Positions 62,229 to 64,000 of a DNA stretch of 64,000 nt are shown in pieces (the stretch's first letter is position 1; every line of letters begins with the position of its first letter). The position numbers and the translations under genes were made by a program. The notes beneath the pieces were generated by a model, which was not told the origin of the DNA, ran no database searches, and saw only the letters and a list, made by a program, of their open reading frames with translations. Source of the stretch: an uncultured Clostridia bacterium (GTDB lineage: Bacteria > Bacillota > Clostridia > Christensenellales > CAG-314); the NCBI GenBank assembly GCA_934230325.1, contig CAKQEP010000004.1:21840-85839 (forward strand). The letters are read 5' to 3'.

Positions 62229-62927
62229 ATGAAAGTATTTGCGATAAGCGATTTGCATCTGTCAACCGTAGTGGATAAGCCGATGGACGTATTCGGCGAA
62301 AAATGGAAAAATTATTTCGATATTGTCAAACAAGATTGGGCGGAAAAAGTTTCCGATGACGATATCGTGCTTTTGGCGGGCGATTTTTCTTGGGCTATGC
62401 GTATGGAAGAAGTGTTGCCCGATTTTGCGTTGTTTAAAGACTTTAAAGGTAAAAAAGTCATAGTAAGGGGCAATCACGACTACTGGTGGAACACGATAAG
62501 CAAAGTTCGCGCGCAAATTCCGCAAGATTTTTTTGCTATTCAAAACGATTGTTTGCGATTTGACAACCTTCTTGTTTTCGGCACGCGTGGTTGGGTAGTT
62601 CCGGAAGGTTGCAATCAAAGCGAAGAGGACAAAAAGATTTATTTGAGAGAGATAGAGCGTCTTAAACTTGCCTTAACCGACCTCAACAAAAAGCGTACGC
62701 CGTCGGACAAAGTGATTTGTATGATGCATTATCCGCCCTTTAACGGCAGGCGAGAAGAAAGCGATTTTACCAAATTGTTGGTTGCAAACGACGTAAATAC
62801 CGTTGTTTACGGACATTTGCACGGTAAAGATTGCAGAGCGGACAAAATAGTAAAAAAATTCGGCATAGATTTTTATTTGACTTCTGCCGATATAGTAGAC
62901 TTTAAACTGACGGAAATACCTATTTAG
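62229..62927 (+). CDS. Metallophosphoesterase family protein
   Basis: 232 aa. MKVFAISDLHL, ..LAGDFSW.., ..RGNHDYW.., ..YGHLHG.. (calcineurin-like phosphoesterase motifs). Confidence 0.85.
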   Translation: MKVFAISDLHLSTVVDKPMDVFGEKWKNYFDIVKQDWAEKVSDDDIVLLAGDFSWAMRMEEVLPDFALFKDFKGKKVIVRGNHDYWWNTISKVRAQIPQDFFAIQNDCLRFDNLLVFGTRGWVVPEGCNQSEEDKKIYLREIERLKLALTDLNKKRTPSDKVICMMHYPPFNGRREESDFTKLLVANDVNTVVYGHLHGKDCRADKIVKKFGIDFYLTSADIVDFKLTEIPI

Positions 62928-62991
62928 CAACGACGCAAATTTTTTAATCGGTTGCAAACTCGGGCTGTTTTGATATATTTTTTGTATATGC

Positions 62992-63018
62992 GACTCCTTT
63001 TTGAGGAGTCTTTTTTTG
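62992..63018 (+). terminator. Rho-independent terminator after metallophosphoesterase gene
   Basis: GACTCCT (62992-62998) pairs with AGGAGTC (63004-63010), followed by T7. Confidence 0.85.
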
Positions 63019-63067
63019 TTTCAATTTAATTTTAGCGTTTTAAAAAGGAGCGTTTTTAAGGGGTTTG

Positions 63068-63161
63068 TGGTTTAAAAACCCTTATGGTGGCAAAAAAATA
63101 ATATTTTTTGGTTAAAAGTGGTTAAAAGTGGTTGACAATACTTTTTTTATGTGGTACATTA
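63068..63161 (+). promoter_or_regulatory. dcw-cluster promoter (Pmra) with MraZ-type direct repeats
   Basis: TTGACA (63133-63138), 17 nt, TACATT (63156-63161). The 10-bp unit GGTTAAAAGT is repeated at 63111-63120 and 63121-63130 and degenerates into GGTTGACAAT (the -35). GTGG cores occur at 63068, 63088, 63119, 63129 and 63152. Confidence 0.65.
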
Positions 63162-63183
63162 TCTACGTAAAAGGAGAATGACC

Positions 63184-63612
63184 GTGTTTTTGGGTGAAAG
63201 CAGACATCAACTCGATGCTAAAAACAGATTGAGAATACCTGCCAAGTTTCGTGCGGAACTGGGTAACGGTTACGTTGTCACTGTTGGTAGCAACGGATGT
63301 CTTTGCGTTTATAGTTCCGATAAGTTTTCTAAATACGTTGACAAGTTGGAGCAAATTCCCACGTTTGATTTAGCCGCCCAAAAATCGGTGAGAAAAATTT
63401 TGTCTTTGGCGACGGAAGTTGAGCCGGACGAGCAGGGCAGATTTATACTCCCAAAAAATCTCAAAGATTTTGCCAACATAGATAAAAACATCGTCGTCAT
63501 AGGCAACGGCAGCAAAATAGAAATATGGAGCGAGGAAGTCTGGGATAAATACAGCCAAAGCGACGATTTTGACAAAGAGTTGGCTGTTTTGGGACAAAAA
63601 TACGGAGTATAG
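63184..63612 (+). CDS. mraZ: Transcriptional regulator MraZ
   Basis: (M)FLGESRHQLDAKNRLRIPAKFR.. and a second ..DEQGRFILPKNLKDFA.. SpoVT/AbrB-like repeat. GTG at 63184 (7 nt after AAAGGAGA) preferred over the ATG at 63178, 1 nt after the SD. Confidence 0.9.
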   Translation: MFLGESRHQLDAKNRLRIPAKFRAELGNGYVVTVGSNGCLCVYSSDKFSKYVDKLEQIPTFDLAAQKSVRKILSLATEVEPDEQGRFILPKNLKDFANIDKNIVVIGNGSKIEIWSEEVWDKYSQSDDFDKELAVLGQKYGV

Positions 63613-63615
63613 GCG

Positions 63616-64000
63616 ATGGAATTTTCTCATATCCCCGTCATGCTCGAAGAATGTATGCGCTATCTCGACGTACACGGCGACGGAATTTACGTCGATTGCA
63701 CGGCTGGCGGCGGCGGACACAGCGGAGAAATACTTTCACGGTTGTCCGACAACGGTAGGCTTATCGCATTTGACAAAGATCAAGACGCAATAAACGTTTG
63801 CAAACAGAAATTTGACGGCGACAACAGAGTCAGTTTGGTAAAAAGCGATTTTAAACTCGCTCCGCAATATTTAAAAGATAACGGTTTTTGCGGAAATATC
63901 GACGGCATTCTTATCGATTTGGGCGTCAGCAGTTGGCAACTTGACAACAGACAGAGAGGATTTAGTTATATGAGCGTCGATTCTCTTTTGGATATGAGAA
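63616..64000 (+). CDS. rsmH: 16S rRNA (cytosine1402-N4)-methyltransferase RsmH, N-terminal part; 3' end outside window
   Basis: Hand translation from the ATG at 63616: MEFSHIPVMLEECMRYLDVHGDGIYVDCTAGGGGHSGEIL..ILIDLGVSSWQLDNRQRGFSY... The frame is open to the window end and is not in the ORF track because no stop is reached. Confidence 0.9.
   Translation, partial: MEFSHIPVMLEECMRYLDVHGDGIYVDCTAGGGGHSGEILSRLSDNGRLIAFDKDQDAINVCKQKFDGDNRVSLVKSDFKLAPQYLKDNGFCGNIDGILIDLGVSSWQLDNRQRGFSYMSVDSLLDMR

Overview
This 64 kb window looks like a chromosomal segment from an endospore-forming Firmicute of the Clostridia type. Supporting genes are sigG, spoIVA, ylmC/ymxH, pyruvate:ferredoxin and indolepyruvate:ferredoxin oxidoreductases, and ECF transporters. 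I can support about 60 protein-coding genes, nearly all housekeeping: guaA (3' part), tsaE-tsaB-rimI, a murF-like gene with ddl, serC-serA, RNase J, ecfA1-ecfA2-ecfT-truA, rplM-rpsI, typA, pyrG, der-plsY, lspA-rluD, tig-clpP-clpX-lon-engB, and the start of the dcw cluster (mraZ-rsmH). There is also one tRNA-Leu(CAG), one clear FMN riboswitch in front of ribU, and many intrinsic terminators and sigma-A-type promoters. I found no CRISPR array, rRNA, transposase, integrase or phage gene. Many long ORFs in the supplied track are antisense shadows of real genes or upstream extensions through non-ATG codons, and I corrected starts where RBS or promoter evidence allowed. The most unusual item is a markedly AT-rich segment of about 2.4 kb between typA and pyrG (about 34310-36700). 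It carries an orphan TMD-NBD ABC exporter with degenerate Q-loop and signature motifs. Upstream of it, on the same strand, are two unannotated small ORFs (35 aa and 20 aa) in a consensus-promoter / leaky-terminator / start-stop-overlap arrangement. Other observations: (1) a recurring leaderless-mRNA promoter geometry (-35, 17 nt, -10, 6-7 nt, ATG, no SD) at six genes; (2) a Crp/Fnr regulator flanked by two candidate class-II (-41.5) operators in front of a Cys-rich protein and a 4Fe-4S protein; (3) an aspartate-carbamoyltransferase-like protein lacking every catalytic motif, at the position where Bacillus has its pyr operon; (4) a MurF-type ligase whose N-terminal domain is replaced by a polytopic membrane domain; (5) an E2-acyltransferase-like protein with the catalytic His replaced; (6) a (TA)n tract flanked by promoter-like hexamers; (7) MraZ-type direct repeats over the mraZ promoter. 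All homology statements are by-eye motif recognition and no database search was run.
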